Virus record (IMG/VR): IMGVR_UViG_3300037780_000011
Coordinates: 1-55,806 of that record
Direction: 5' to 3' (one strand)
DNA length: 55,806 nt
Source of the DNA: a virus
Taxonomy: Duplodnaviria > Caudoviricetes
This document shows, piece after piece, positions 19,779 through 28,193 of the stretch (positions within the stretch are counted from its first letter, which is position 1; each line of letters opens with the position of its first letter). The notes below the pieces were generated by a model. That model searched no databases, had not been told where the DNA came from, and saw only the letters and a list, made by a program, of their open reading frames with translations. The position numbers and the translations under genes are program-made.

Positions 19779-19803
19779 ACCGCCCTTCGGGGCGGTTTTT
19801 TTT
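19779..19803 (+). terminator. Rho-independent terminator
   Basis: ACCGCCC-TTCG-GGGCGGT followed by a T-run. Confidence 0.9.
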
Positions 19804-20210
19804 ATCACTTATGCACCACTTATGCATCACTTACACAGGAAAATCCTTTGTTTTCAAATACATCGTTCACTTATTCACTTATGCAGGATATATTCTTTGA
19901 GACATACCAGCAGACCGTCTGAAACCAAATATTCCACCTATGCAACCACTTACACAGGAAAATTGTTTATAATCAATGACATGGATCAAATATCCATCTA
20001 CACGGGATAGAAAGAAATACACCCTAGAGAACCACCTATCATATACCCTCTTACTCTTATGGGGGGTAAGCACTCAGGAGAAGTAGAGTCAGAATAAGTG
20101 ATTAGATGGTATATTTGGTTTTTATAGAGATATTATACCCTTGTTTCTAAAGGTATGTTAGCGCTAACACCAGTTATGCAGAGTTTGTGTAGATGGTGCA
20201 TAGGTGGTTT
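19804..20210. repeat. AT-rich non-coding region with CAC(T/C)TA(T/C) iterons; candidate replication origin
   Basis: About 7 direct copies in 19805-19960 and inverted copies (ATAAGTGAT, TGCATAGGTGG) near 20095-20206; follows the primase-helicase gene. Confidence 0.6.
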
Positions 20211-20212
20211 CA

Positions 20213-20244
20213 CAAAAGAAAACCCCCGGGTTGTGGCCGGGGGT
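20213..20244 (-). terminator. Terminator for the minus-strand gene cluster
   Basis: CCCCCGG/CCGGGGG stem preceded by an A-run on the plus strand. Confidence 0.65.
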
Positions 20245-20271
20245 CGTTAGTTTGGGGTGTTGGTGGTTTGG

Positions 20272-20625
20272 TTACTGTTGTTCTTGCGAGATCAGTGCTT
20301 CCAAGATAGCGAGGAGCCATGCACGGGCTGGGGTGGCGGCGTGGCCCTCATACTCATTACCCACTTCCACATTTGCCATAGTCGGGGATGAGGTCCAAAA
20401 CCTCATGTTAACGAAGTAACCAGGCAGCACCGCTTCATGCAACGCCTTGGCGGCGTCAAGGGAGCCGTGGTAGGAGCGGTCACACTCAAGAGCGCCCGGT
20501 GTTTGCCCCATGTATTCGTAATTCTTTCCGCCCATTGCGAGATGAAAATCATTACCTGGCCAATAGGATTTCCCACCAGCCTTAACATTGTCCCGCAGTT
20601 GGATCAGTGCTTCTAGTTTGGTCAT
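20272..20625 (-). CDS. Hypothetical protein
   Basis: GAGGAG RBS; SLDAAKALHEAVLPG...TPARAWLLAILEALI motif recurs in phage proteins. Confidence 0.7.
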   Translation of the reverse strand: MTKLEALIQLRDNVKAGGKSYWPGNDFHLAMGGKNYEYMGQTPGALECDRSYHGSLDAAKALHEAVLPGYFVNMRFWTSSPTMANVEVGNEYEGHAATPARAWLLAILEALISQEQQ

Positions 20626-20628
20626 GAT

Positions 20629-20931
20629 CTACTCCTCCCAGATTTCAAAGCAGAACAGGGTGGACGCCGTGGAGAACTCCTGAATGGCCTCCTGAATGTA
20701 GTCGTCCGTGCTGAACCGGGGTGTGCTGTAGGCGTCACGGATCATGGCCTGGAACAGGGAGTTCGAAGGGTCGATCTCCATAATGGCACCGATAGGGACA
20801 CCGGCTTGGCGGGCCTCCATGACCATAGCGGCGGTTTCACCGTATGCGATGCAGGGGTGGGTGTCGCTGTCTTGTGCGTAGGTCGTTGTGGCAGACAGGA
20901 TGATGACGGTGGTCATTAGGGTGCGGGTCAT
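20629..20931 (-). CDS. Secreted helical protein (paralog 1)
   Basis: Signal peptide; C...AAMVMEARQAGVP...AY...F...C. Confidence 0.7.
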   Translation of the reverse strand: MTRTLMTTVIILSATTTYAQDSDTHPCIAYGETAAMVMEARQAGVPIGAIMEIDPSNSLFQAMIRDAYSTPRFSTDDYIQEAIQEFSTASTLFCFEIWEE

Positions 20932-21209
20932 TGCTCGTTCTCCAAGATTAGACAGGTCTCAACAGCTTCATCCCTGAACCTAGAAACTGCCAGTGGGTCT
21001 CCTAAGCGGTAGGAGTAGGCTTGCAGGACGAGGACGGTTGCAGGTGCGTTACCGTCTACGGCGTCGAGCAGGTCTGCTATGGGCACGCTACGCTGGCGTG
21101 CCTGCATGATGTTAGCCGCCAGTTGACCGAATTGCTGGCAGGCGGTCAGCGGGGCGCTCAGAGGCTCTGTTACGGGTGTTAGGGCTAGGAGGATGATAGC
21201 GGGGGTCAT
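20928..21209 (-). CDS. Secreted helical protein (paralog 2)
   Basis: Signal-like N-terminus; C...AANIMQARQRSVP...AY...F...C. Confidence 0.65.
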   Translation of the reverse strand: MTPAIILLALTPVTEPLSAPLTACQQFGQLAANIMQARQRSVPIADLLDAVDGNAPATVLVLQAYSYRLGDPLAVSRFRDEAVETCLILENEQ

Positions 21210-21574
21210 GTCTTGTCTCCGTATTTGGCGATAAGGGCGCGGGCAAGTCCAATAGACCTCCAAGCGCACCAAATGTCATAGTCAATTCCGGCCCCCATTT
21301 TTTCTAACGCCTCAAGCGGATCGGTTTCAGTTGGGGGATGATTTTCAGGAAGGTGCAATGCCAAATGATTGCCGCCGATCATGCACGCCTGCAACCCCTC
21401 CACCAGTTCTGAGATGGCGGCGGTAAGGCATTCCTCGCAGGGCGTGATATGGTCGCACGGGTCACACAATTTTGGCAACATGAAGCACGGCGGGTCACCA
21501 TATTCCGCGCAAGTTTCGCGGCATAGGTTGCGCAGGCCGTCGCTAAATCCGGTTGGGTTTGGCGCTTTTGTCAT
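21206..21574 (-). CDS. Cys-rich hypothetical protein
   Basis: GGAG RBS before MTKAPN; several CxxC-like pairs. Confidence 0.55.
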   Translation of the reverse strand: MTKAPNPTGFSDGLRNLCRETCAEYGDPPCFMLPKLCDPCDHITPCEECLTAAISELVEGLQACMIGGNHLALHLPENHPPTETDPLEALEKMGAGIDYDIWCAWRSIGLARALIAKYGDKT

Positions 21575-21737
21575 GTCGGGGTCTCCATTTTTGTCGTCGG
21601 GGGTCAAAACGGCGGCTCCTCGTTTGGGTAGGTGGGTCTCCAAGGGGTTGGCAGGGGTGGTGGTTCGGCTTGTTTTCGTTGTGGGGGTAGGACGCCCAGT
21701 TGGTTGAGGGCGTCCCGTAGAGGTTTTGGTAAGGTGG

Positions 21738-22004
21738 TCACTTAATCTCCACCACACTATCCACTCGGAACATGCCCCACTTCCCTTTGCTTTCATCGCG
21801 GGGGTCTTCCTCGTTCGGGGACCAGATCGCAATGTAGCCTTCAGGGGTTTTGCGGCCCGTGCCTTTGATGTGGCTAAGGGGTTTGAACAGGCCGTTCTTG
21901 GTGCGCAGGGTGCCATCTTTCTTGACGAAGGATACCGTGGCAAAACGAGTGCCTTTGGCTTTAACCTTTGCACGGACTTCTTGCGGGTCTAGGTAGGTTG
22001 TCAT
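21738..22004 (-). CDS. SH3-like beta-barrel protein
   Basis: FATVSFVKKDGTLRT...WGMFRVDSV pattern; AAGGAG RBS. Confidence 0.65.
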   Translation of the reverse strand: MTTYLDPQEVRAKVKAKGTRFATVSFVKKDGTLRTKNGLFKPLSHIKGTGRKTPEGYIAIWSPNEEDPRDESKGKWGMFRVDSVVEIK

Positions 22005-22192
22005 TGATCATCTCCTTGGTAGGGTGCAACGATGTCGAGTTGCTCTTTTGTGAGGGTGTCCTGAAAGGCCATTTGAAGGTATTTACGAGCGCGGTTGACG
22101 TGGAACTTTTCGCCGGTCCAGTAGTGGATGGCGAGGCACTCGGCAGCATTGTCCAAGTGGTAGGTGGCGGGGTTGTATTTGGGTTCGGTCAT
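22001..22192 (-). CDS. Hypothetical protein
   Basis: GAGGA RBS; ATGA coupling. Confidence 0.55.
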   Translation of the reverse strand: MTEPKYNPATYHLDNAAECLAIHYWTGEKFHVNRARKYLQMAFQDTLTKEQLDIVAPYQGDDQ

Positions 22193-22353
22193 TGGCGGGG
22201 GTTCCTCTTGATCTGATACCCAATCTTTACACCTTGCGGGGTGATTCTGCAAGGGGAATCTTTACTGACGTATTGACACTTTGGATGCAAAATGTCAGGA
22301 TGTGTTTTGAGCGAATACGTAACTGTTTGAAAACACGAAAGTAATTTTAACGC

Positions 22354-22779
22354 ATGTCTGGTAGTGGGATTTTGAAAGCGGCTTACGAGGGGGAAAAAAA
22401 GAAACCTGGTAGACCACCCGGACCTGCAAAAACGACTCGCAGGAATATCCTAGCTGCGCAGAAGATGTTCCAACAGTATGCCGAAGAGGCAATGCTGAAG
22501 ATCGTGGACATCATGCGAGACGATGAAGCGGATCATGCTGTCAGGTTAAAGGCAGCTAATGATTTGCTCAACAGGGCTTACGGGACACCGGTATCGACGC
22601 AGGTGCAGCATAAGATCATTGAGGACGAGCGCGATTCCCCGATTTCTGCTGTGGCCCTCTCATCCGCAGGCACGACAGAACTATTGGCATTAGCCCAGGC
22701 TTTGAGCAAATACGTTGAGGACAAAGAGAATACAATCGACATTACGCCGGAAATGCCGGACGATTATCCTGATAAGTAA
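22354..22779 (+). CDS. terS: Probable terminase small subunit
   Basis: GRPPG...AEEAMLKIVDIMRD...VRLKAANDLLNRAYG and C-terminal IDITPE resemble TerS-type proteins; followed by a repeat cluster. No other TerS candidate precedes terL. Confidence 0.65.
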   Translation: MSGSGILKAAYEGEKKKPGRPPGPAKTTRRNILAAQKMFQQYAEEAMLKIVDIMRDDEADHAVRLKAANDLLNRAYGTPVSTQVQHKIIEDERDSPISAVALSSAGTTELLALAQALSKYVEDKENTIDITPEMPDDYPDK

Positions 22780-22808
22780 TTGATTAGCCTCGATTTATTA
22801 TGTCCCCC

Positions 22809-22960
22809 TGTTTGTCACGTGAGGGGTCTTTACTGTGATTGTCACGTCACCCTAGCTTCGACTGTGATTGTCACGTCGGGGGTATTTACTGTGATTATCA
22901 CGTCGGGGGTTCCCGTGCTGATTATCACGTGGGGGGGTCTGTTTGTCACGTCGGGGGTAT
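22809..22960. repeat. Six degenerate tandem repeats with core TT(G/A)TCACGT, mostly followed by a G-run and T; candidate packaging or terminase-binding sites
   Basis: Copies near 22809, 22833, 22862, 22889, 22918 and 22940; GTGA-N3-TCAC dyad in three copies. Confidence 0.8.
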
Positions 22961-23242
22961 CCAACTACCACACATCCCATACCGTTCCTGATTCGTTCCA
23001 CGCCACGATAGGCGAATCGCCCCAGCGTAGCATGGCGAATCAGGTTCTGGCAAGCACAATTTTGTGTCAAGCGAAATCCTCTCGCCTGGCGTTGCATAGG
23101 CGCAACAATGGTAACGATTTTTTACTATTGTAACAAATCGTTTGGAATCGTCGATTCTCGCCGATTCGGATAAAGACACGAGAGCAAACGGTATCAGCGC
23201 CGATCTGGTGGCGATCTGTTCCTGGCCATCGTTGCTGCCTAC

Positions 23243-23392
23243 TCAGCGCCGATTCAGATCGGCGAGATGCTGTCTGATGGTTTTGATCTGGTATCGGCTG
23301 AGATCGATCATCATCACCAGCTCCTGGTTGAACAACTCACAGATCGGCGATCCTGTTCGCCGATCGATCACAATCCAGCTCGCATCAATCAT
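23243..23392 (-). CDS. 49-aa protein MIDASWIVIDRRTGSPICELFN... in the GATC island
   Basis: Read by hand; AGAGGAGAGA RBS identical to that of the neighbouring gene. Confidence 0.7.
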   Translation of the reverse strand: MIDASWIVIDRRTGSPICELFNQELVMMIDLSRYQIKTIRQHLADLNRR

Positions 23393-23529
23393 CTCAGTCT
23401 CTCCTCTGGTCTGATGGTCTCAGAACAGCCCAGCGCCATCGCTGAGCTGATCACAGATCACCAGAAACGCGAAAACAGCCCAGCGCCGAGGCACCAGGCT
23501 GTTGATCTGTCAGGCTGTCAGAACAGCGA

Positions 23530-24042
23530 TCAGGCTGCCCGCTCCACCAGTTCGGCGATCAGATGCTGCACCATCTCGGCGCTGATCTGGGCATCCCAGC
23601 TGCGATCAGAGCTGACATAGGCGAAACAGCGATCAGCCGAGCAATGCGAAAAATAGGCATCACAGGATCGGCTGAGATGATCACAGATCGCTGATGACAG
23701 CTCGGCGATGCCAAGCTCCTCGGCGCTGATCTCGATCTCGATCTCGCCGATCATATAGGAATCGAGGAGAATCGATCCTGATTTCGGCGATGCATCGTAA
23801 ATATGAGATGGCACCATCTCAGCCCAGGAAATCACGTCCTCGGCGAGCTGATCGAAATCAACAGAGCTGTGATCGATTCCCAGTTCGGCGAGCTGTTCGG
23901 CGAGTCGGCGATCATGATCGCTGCACCAGCTCTCGCCGAGAATATGAGCATAGTTGCCACCAGAATCCTGATGCTCCTCCTCATATTCAACGCGATCAGC
24001 GATCAAGTTGTTGATCTGTTCGATCTGGTTATCTGTCAGCAT
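23530..24042 (-). CDS. Highly acidic protein (35 D/E vs 8 K/R in 170 aa); candidate DNA mimic or anti-defence protein
   Basis: AGAGGAGAGA RBS; composition counted by hand; function is inference. Confidence 0.75.
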   Translation of the reverse strand: MLTDNQIEQINNLIADRVEYEEEHQDSGGNYAHILGESWCSDHDRRLAEQLAELGIDHSSVDFDQLAEDVISWAEMVPSHIYDASPKSGSILLDSYMIGEIEIEISAEELGIAELSSAICDHLSRSCDAYFSHCSADRCFAYVSSDRSWDAQISAEMVQHLIAELVERAA

Positions 24043-24108
24043 GGTTTCTCTCCTCTGGTGCTGATGGTCACATGAAAACAGCCCAGCGATCTGGGCTGTT
24101 CGCTGTGA

Positions 24109-24684
24109 TCACCAGTAGGAGCTTATGGCTTTGAGAGATGGTGACTCGGCGATCATCAGCGCCATCACATCAACGTCAAGTTCCTCGGCGATCCCGAAAT
24201 CAGAGTGGACATACCTAGGCAGCTGATCATCGATCTGATCGGCGACCAGCTCGACTCGATCTCTCAGTTCTCTCAGCATATCCTGAGACCACCGACCAGC
24301 CGATGGACCATCCATCAGCGCGCTGTAAAGCTCGGCGATCAGCTCTCTGGTGCTCTCACTCTCTCTGAGCTTGGCCAGAGCTGTCTCGCCGATCTCGCCG
24401 AGATCATCAGGATCGCCGATCAGAGACCAGTTCACAGCCCAGAGATCGCCATCCTGATACAAGCTGATGCCATCGGCGGTCTCGGCGCTGTTCAACACAT
24501 CCTCCCATGCATCCAAATAGTGCTCATGATCTGGGCCGGTCTCCAAAATCGCCCAATCCTCGGCGCTGATGGTCTCGCCGAACAGCTCTCGCTTGATGGT
24601 CTCGGCGAAAACCTGAGGCACATATTGACCATGATGCGAGTCGACTAGCAGTTCGAATGGGTTTGATTTCGTCAGCATTTCCAT
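24109..24684 (-). CDS. Acidic hypothetical protein
   Basis: AAGGA RBS; DSHHGQYVPQ...GPDHEHYLDAW...LYQDGDLW segment looks like a conserved phage domain. Confidence 0.75.
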   Translation of the reverse strand: MEMLTKSNPFELLVDSHHGQYVPQVFAETIKRELFGETISAEDWAILETGPDHEHYLDAWEDVLNSAETADGISLYQDGDLWAVNWSLIGDPDDLGEIGETALAKLRESESTRELIAELYSALMDGPSAGRWSQDMLRELRDRVELVADQIDDQLPRYVHSDFGIAEELDVDVMALMIAESPSLKAISSYW

Positions 24685-24916
24685 TTCCTTTTCATTAGCG
24701 GATCAATTCCACCATGAGACGGCCCCATGACGGGGCCGTCCTAGCTGGAATCAGCCTAGGCTGACAATGGCCAGCGCCGAAGCCAGAACCGGCGCGATGA
24801 TTGCGAAATCAATCAGAGCTTGAATAAGCATTCTATGTTCCTTCACATGATATAGATGACAAGCGCCGCGGCGAAGATTGCCGCAAGCGCGATGGCGTCA
24901 GTGATTAGGTGGCGGA

Positions 24917-25243
24917 TCATTTGCACTCCCATAATTCGCGCAACGCATCGTCAAGGCCTATCGCGTCATCATAATAGCTTGCGATGTGCGATTCAGACCA
25001 CCAATAACCTTCAACATTTTTTGTTCGCGTGTTGATCCAAATGGTGGGGCCACCATATGCCACCAAGACTCGCGAGCCCAAATACTCGCCCTTGCCACTG
25101 ACGATGTATTCGATATCAAGCGCATCTTGCAAATAATCAAATGCGCTAGCGTATTCCGGTTCATCGCATTCGGTTTTCCAAGACTCGTCGGTTCCGTCAA
25201 TTTGATTGACGATGTATTCGACGTGATTTTTGATATCAGACAT
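24917..25243 (-). CDS. Acidic hypothetical protein (YLGSRVLVAYGGPTIWI family)
   Basis: AAGGA RBS before MSDIKNHV. Confidence 0.7.
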   Translation of the reverse strand: MSDIKNHVEYIVNQIDGTDESWKTECDEPEYASAFDYLQDALDIEYIVSGKGEYLGSRVLVAYGGPTIWINTRTKNVEGYWWSESHIASYYDDAIGLDDALRELWECK

Positions 25244-25649
25244 TGCCTTATCCTTTCCGATACAGTGACACGCCACGGTGCGCCATGATTGCGTCGACGA
25301 TGTCTTTCAACGTAGGTGGTGGTGTTTGGTGTTTCATGGTGTGTGTTCCTGTTGATTTGATGGGCTGTTTGTATCGTGATTCGCATGGGCGGCATAGTGG
25401 CAATTGTGCAACACATCCAGGTTATTTTGCGGGCGGTGTCGATCAGGGGTTGACGGGTCCGTGTTTTGTGAGTTGTCCGAGGTGATTCGGTTGGTGGCCC
25501 GCCTAAGGCCCTCTAAAATTCCCACCCGATTCCGAAGTTGACCTTTACACTATTTTTTTTGCAACAAATCCGATTTTAGTTCTTTACACCCCGCCAACAC
25601 CATGCTAGGGTCACGAGGCGAATAAACCCCGAACCGAAAGGACTACAAC

Positions 25650-25856
25650 ATGATCAACCAGCATCCCGACGCAAATAAGTGGGAATACATCATGCAGAGT
25701 GGAGATAAACACGAATACAACTATCAGGAGCCAGAACCACTTACCTGGAAAGAGATAGAGCAAATTGCCTTCAAAGGTATGCTGATGTTCTACGGACTGG
25801 CTTTCCTTGCTATGGCACCCCTGCTGTTCGTGTTCATCATCAAAAGCGTCTGGTAA
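25650..25856 (+). CDS. Small membrane protein
   Basis: AAAGGA RBS; C-terminal TM helix; first gene of the rightward cluster. Confidence 0.6.
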   Translation: MINQHPDANKWEYIMQSGDKHEYNYQEPEPLTWKEIEQIAFKGMLMFYGLAFLAMAPLLFVFIIKSVW

Positions 25857-25894
25857 TAGGTATAGAATCAACCAAAATAAAAAGGATCAACCCA

Positions 25895-26347
25895 ATGCCA
25901 AAAACCATATTCAAGGAAACCAAGACAGTATGGGTGTTCAGTGACAGCTTGCACGAATACAAGACCCGTGAAGAAGCTGTAACCGCATGGCGAGAAAAGA
26001 TGTCAAGAGAAGCACGGGCTGATCTTTGCTCTGGAAATTGTTTCTGCGCAGAGGAGGCGCGCAAACTGGCGGAAAAGTTGGATGAAATTAAGTCGTCCGA
26101 ACCACATGGACTTGGACAGGTTAGTTATGACGTGTTCCGCGTTAGCGGTAGCAACAAGGAACACAAAAGCCTTGCTAAGGCGGCATTTGAAATAAGGGAA
26201 GAATCAATCAAAAAAAGAATAGATAAGTTTTATCGTCCAACCGGAATCTATGAAATGTATGATTATACCCTTAAAATTGAAATGATGCTTATTTACGAAC
26301 TTGATAAGATCATCGAAGAAACATCCTACACCATCGTAGAAGTGTGA
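25895..26347 (+). CDS. Hypothetical protein
   Basis: AAAGGA RBS. Confidence 0.65.
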   Translation: MPKTIFKETKTVWVFSDSLHEYKTREEAVTAWREKMSREARADLCSGNCFCAEEARKLAEKLDEIKSSEPHGLGQVSYDVFRVSGSNKEHKSLAKAAFEIREESIKKRIDKFYRPTGIYEMYDYTLKIEMMLIYELDKIIEETSYTIVEV

Positions 26348-26374
26348 AAACATCAAAAGAAGGGACCACCACAG

Positions 26375-26686
26375 ATGGCCATGTTCCATGTCTGCAAGTT
26401 CCCGGTCTACGACGGAGAAAATGGTGTAACAGAAAAGACATACATCATCCGGGATGGCCACTATATGGACATCATTCATGACTTTGTTGAATCATGGACG
26501 GTCCTGAAGGTAGAAGACTGGGATCAAGAAGGTTGCCCTGATGTCGTTCTAATGAAGGTAGGATGCCTATGGACCGTGACGCAAATGGATGATGGCCCGG
26601 AAAAGTTGCCGGATGAATACTACCGATTCAAGAACATATACGACAAAAACATACGGCATAAGAGACGATCCCACCCATATCTGTAG
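26375..26686 (+). CDS. Hypothetical protein
   Basis: Leader GGACCACCACAGATG. Confidence 0.6.
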   Translation: MAMFHVCKFPVYDGENGVTEKTYIIRDGHYMDIIHDFVESWTVLKVEDWDQEGCPDVVLMKVGCLWTVTQMDDGPEKLPDEYYRFKNIYDKNIRHKRRSHPYL

Positions 26687-26701
26687 AAAGGACCACCACA
26701 G

Positions 26702-26935
26702 ATGTTCTGGAAAAACAAACCTGAATCAGATTCACCACCGCGCCCAATGGTCGCTACGTTCACCTTCATCTACAAGGACGGCCACCAGGAGGTAGAGGAG
26801 ATTGAGTATGACGAAAATGACTGGCTTAGGCCGGAACCTTGCCTGCTGAAAGGCTTCGTTGAGATCAATGGCGTTTTGGTCAACTCGGACCTCATCGAGC
26901 GAATCACTGTGGAGCATAAGGAGACCAACCCATGA
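26702..26935 (+). CDS. Hypothetical protein
   Basis: Leader GGACCACCACAGATG. Confidence 0.6.
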   Translation: MFWKNKPESDSPPRPMVATFTFIYKDGHQEVEEIEYDENDWLRPEPCLLKGFVEINGVLVNSDLIERITVEHKETNP

Positions 26936-27117
26936 AATTAACCTACGACACCAAACCCGATGAGCGCGAGTGCGTTGCGTATATTAGTGGAGATGGGGGC
27001 CTCGTTATCAAGGAACGCAGAGGGAATCATGTTTACATGGTTTACGATTCCTTCGACCCATCCGACGCCACCCACCGCTTCTACCCCGGCGACAGCATCA
27101 CGATCACGTTTGAGTGA
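26932..27117 (+). CDS. Hypothetical protein
   Basis: AAGGAG RBS; ATGA coupling. Confidence 0.6.
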   Translation: MKLTYDTKPDERECVAYISGDGGLVIKERRGNHVYMVYDSFDPSDATHRFYPGDSITITFE

Positions 27118-27129
27118 GAGGAGCACGGT

Positions 27130-27486
27130 ATGACCACCTACGCAAGCTTCGACTGCTACGAAGGCCACCCAGACTACCTTACGCCAGGTAAACGGTATGA
27201 GGTATTTAATGAGGATTACAGGGGTTTCGATACCATCGACGACAAAGGCGGGGAGATTTATTGCAGGTGGCGCAGAAGCGCGCATATCCATTGTCGCGAC
27301 TGGACCCGCCACGGCGAACCCAAGCAAACTCGATACAACATTCAAGTGCCGGGATATGCGTTTATCGAACACGTCATGGACTACCGAATGGATGGTGACA
27401 TGCTCTACGTGGCTGGCGCGGACTTTGAACACTACTACCGCATGAAACCCGGAGACCTCGTTGCCATTACCGAGATGGAGGATTGA
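27130..27486 (+). CDS. Hypothetical protein
   Basis: GAGGAG RBS. Confidence 0.6.
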   Translation: MTTYASFDCYEGHPDYLTPGKRYEVFNEDYRGFDTIDDKGGEIYCRWRRSAHIHCRDWTRHGEPKQTRYNIQVPGYAFIEHVMDYRMDGDMLYVAGADFEHYYRMKPGDLVAITEMED

Positions 27487-27489
27487 CAG

Positions 27490-28032
27490 ATGACAAATGA
27501 GTATAAGACCCTCCGCGAACTCGACGTGCAGCCGGGGGATGTGGTGTGCGACAAGATCGGTGTTCGAAAAATCATCATAGATATAACCGAGGATGCTGCA
27601 TATTCCACGGGAGGTTATCCGTTGCTTCTGGACAACCCTATCTGGCGCATCGTCTCCCGCGCGTCCGACACCACCAAGCGGGGACGGCCCCGCGCCAGCG
27701 TATCCCCGGATCACGCATGGGAGGTTGATGACACCCCCAAGCTTTGGCGCGACATGACACCCGAGGAAAAGGGCGCGTTGTTGCTGGCGAAGCATGAGGG
27801 GAAGGTCATTGAGTGTTATTTCTTGTCGGGGTGGGTTGAGTGCAATCCAGAATGGTATGAAAATTTCGCCTACCGCGTCCGCCCGGAACCCAATCGGGAG
27901 ACGGTGACTTATACGTGGGAAGAAGATGTGCTAGCAGTTTCCAGCCTTAACATGGAAGGAACCCACCGCATCACCTTTGACCTGATCGACGGCAAGCCCG
28001 ACTGCGACAGCATCAAGATGGAGGAACTTTAA
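27490..28032 (+). CDS. Hypothetical protein
   Basis: GGAGG RBS; KTLRELDVQPGDVV and LWRDMTPEEKGALLLA segments. Confidence 0.65.
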   Translation: MTNEYKTLRELDVQPGDVVCDKIGVRKIIIDITEDAAYSTGGYPLLLDNPIWRIVSRASDTTKRGRPRASVSPDHAWEVDDTPKLWRDMTPEEKGALLLAKHEGKVIECYFLSGWVECNPEWYENFAYRVRPEPNRETVTYTWEEDVLAVSSLNMEGTHRITFDLIDGKPDCDSIKMEEL

Positions 28033-28193
28033 TGACCGACCTTATCAACCCCGCCAACTGGGGCGGCGCACAGTGGGTGCTTTTGTGCCTTGTTACGTTT
28101 GGGCTTGTCAGCAAAAAGGATGAACTACTCATCCAAACACTTGGTGCTGCTCTCATGCTCGCCATCCTCGCATGGGGAGGCTTTTGGGCGTGA
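28032..28193 (+). CDS. 53-aa two-helix membrane protein
   Basis: Read by hand (MTDLINPANWGGAQWVLLC...); coupled to both neighbours. Confidence 0.55.
   Translation: MTDLINPANWGGAQWVLLCLVTFGLVSKKDELLIQTLGAALMLAILAWGGFWA

Noticed and set aside
20431-20920. Self-targets from single 9-10-nt spacer matches (CGCTTCATGC at 20431, GTCATTAGG at 20912; also TGAATCCGT at 55122)
   Set aside because: The partner half-site is absent in each case, and single 9-mer hits are expected by chance in 56 kb.
22809-22960. CRISPR array
   Set aside because: The repeats are degenerate and nearly abutting, with no 25-45-nt unique spacers, and no cas genes are present.
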